The notes under the pieces: model-generated
Told to the model about the DNA's origin: nothing
The model's database searches: none
Seen by the model: the letters and a program-made list of their open reading frames with translations, nothing else
Source: Octopus bimaculoides
Taxonomy: Eukaryota
DNA: 61,644 bases
Assembly: GCF_001194135.2 (NCBI RefSeq)
Contig: NC_068984.1
Location: forward strand, 94,984,988-95,046,631
Direction of reading: 5' to 3'
Part shown: positions 61,211-61,644 of the stretch, piece after piece
Layout: every line of letters begins with the position of its first letter
Position numbering within the stretch: the stretch's first letter is position 1
Translations under genes and position numbers: made by a program

Positions 61211-61212
<2 letters not shown>

Positions 61213-61460
61213 GAGAAACTACATAGACATATGCTTACAAAGCATATCACTATAAACATATAACTATGGACACCCATAAACATGTAAACAAATATACATG
61301 TGCATATATATATATATATTACGGAGATGCACTTGCATAGCAAGTGACCTGATCTGAGATCGTGTGCTGGAACGAAAACAATTGCAGCGTGGAAGGTGTT
61401 TATAAGCCATTTAAAATAACACACAAAATCTGTTAGATTCACTTCAACATTTAAATTTAA

Positions 61461-61511
61461 TTTGTCAAAATATTTTCATCGCTTTGAGACCGCGACCTGT
61501 TCACTGACAAA
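61461..61511 (-). ncRNA. Variant minimal hammerhead motif (G3:C8), stem II closing pair G-U
   Basis: Mirror copy of 61534-61584 with GCGAT in place of GCGAC. Confidence 0.55.
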
Positions 61512-61533
61512 ATTCAGAGATGCAGCACAGAAT

Positions 61534-61584
61534 TTTGTCAGTGAACAGGTCGCGGTCTCAAAGCGACGAAAATATTTTGACAAA
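61534..61584 (+). ncRNA. Variant minimal hammerhead motif (G3:C8)
   Basis: Stem I TTTGTCA/TGACAAA, core GTGAACA + G, stem II GTCGC/GCGAC, GAAA, palindromic AATATT stem III, site U. Confidence 0.65.
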
Positions 61585-61644
61585 TTAAATTTAAATGTTG
61601 AAGTGAATGTAACGGATTTTGTGTGTTATTTTAAATGGCTTATA

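Larger units (their letters stand above)
61401..61644. mobile_element. Near-perfect 115-bp inverted repeat with a 14-nt loop (runs to the window end), hammerhead-like motif in each arm
   Basis: 61401-61515 versus 61530-61644, 3 mismatches by eye. Confidence 0.92.

Noticed and set aside
1-61644. CRISPR array or prokaryotic defence system
   Set aside because: No regularly spaced direct repeats with unique spacers, and all content is eukaryotic TE-type

Overview
Eukaryotic, intron- or intergenic-like DNA from a gapped draft assembly, made almost entirely of nested transposable-element relics and microsatellites. The SINE and RTE families resemble octopus/cephalopod repeats (inference from recall, not a database result). 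No host protein-coding gene, rRNA, functional tRNA or CRISPR array could be supported. Retroelements recognised by protein motifs are: a CRE-type and an R4/Dong-type restriction-like-endonuclease LINE, a Tx1/L1 LINE, a CR1-group LINE, many RTE copies, five Penelope-like (PLE) relics, and several Ty3/gypsy elements with solo LTRs. DNA elements are a mariner, mariner- and hAT-type MITEs, and Helitrons. The main unexplained structure is a set of minimal type I hammerhead ribozyme motifs in PLE-type terminal repeats. Three separate ORF-less head-to-head palindromes carry an outward-facing hammerhead in each arm. One family has a tRNA-like Pol III head upstream of the ribozyme. Another has a G3:C8 compensatory swap in the catalytic core. 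Most element boundaries are approximate unless a TSD or TIR is quoted.
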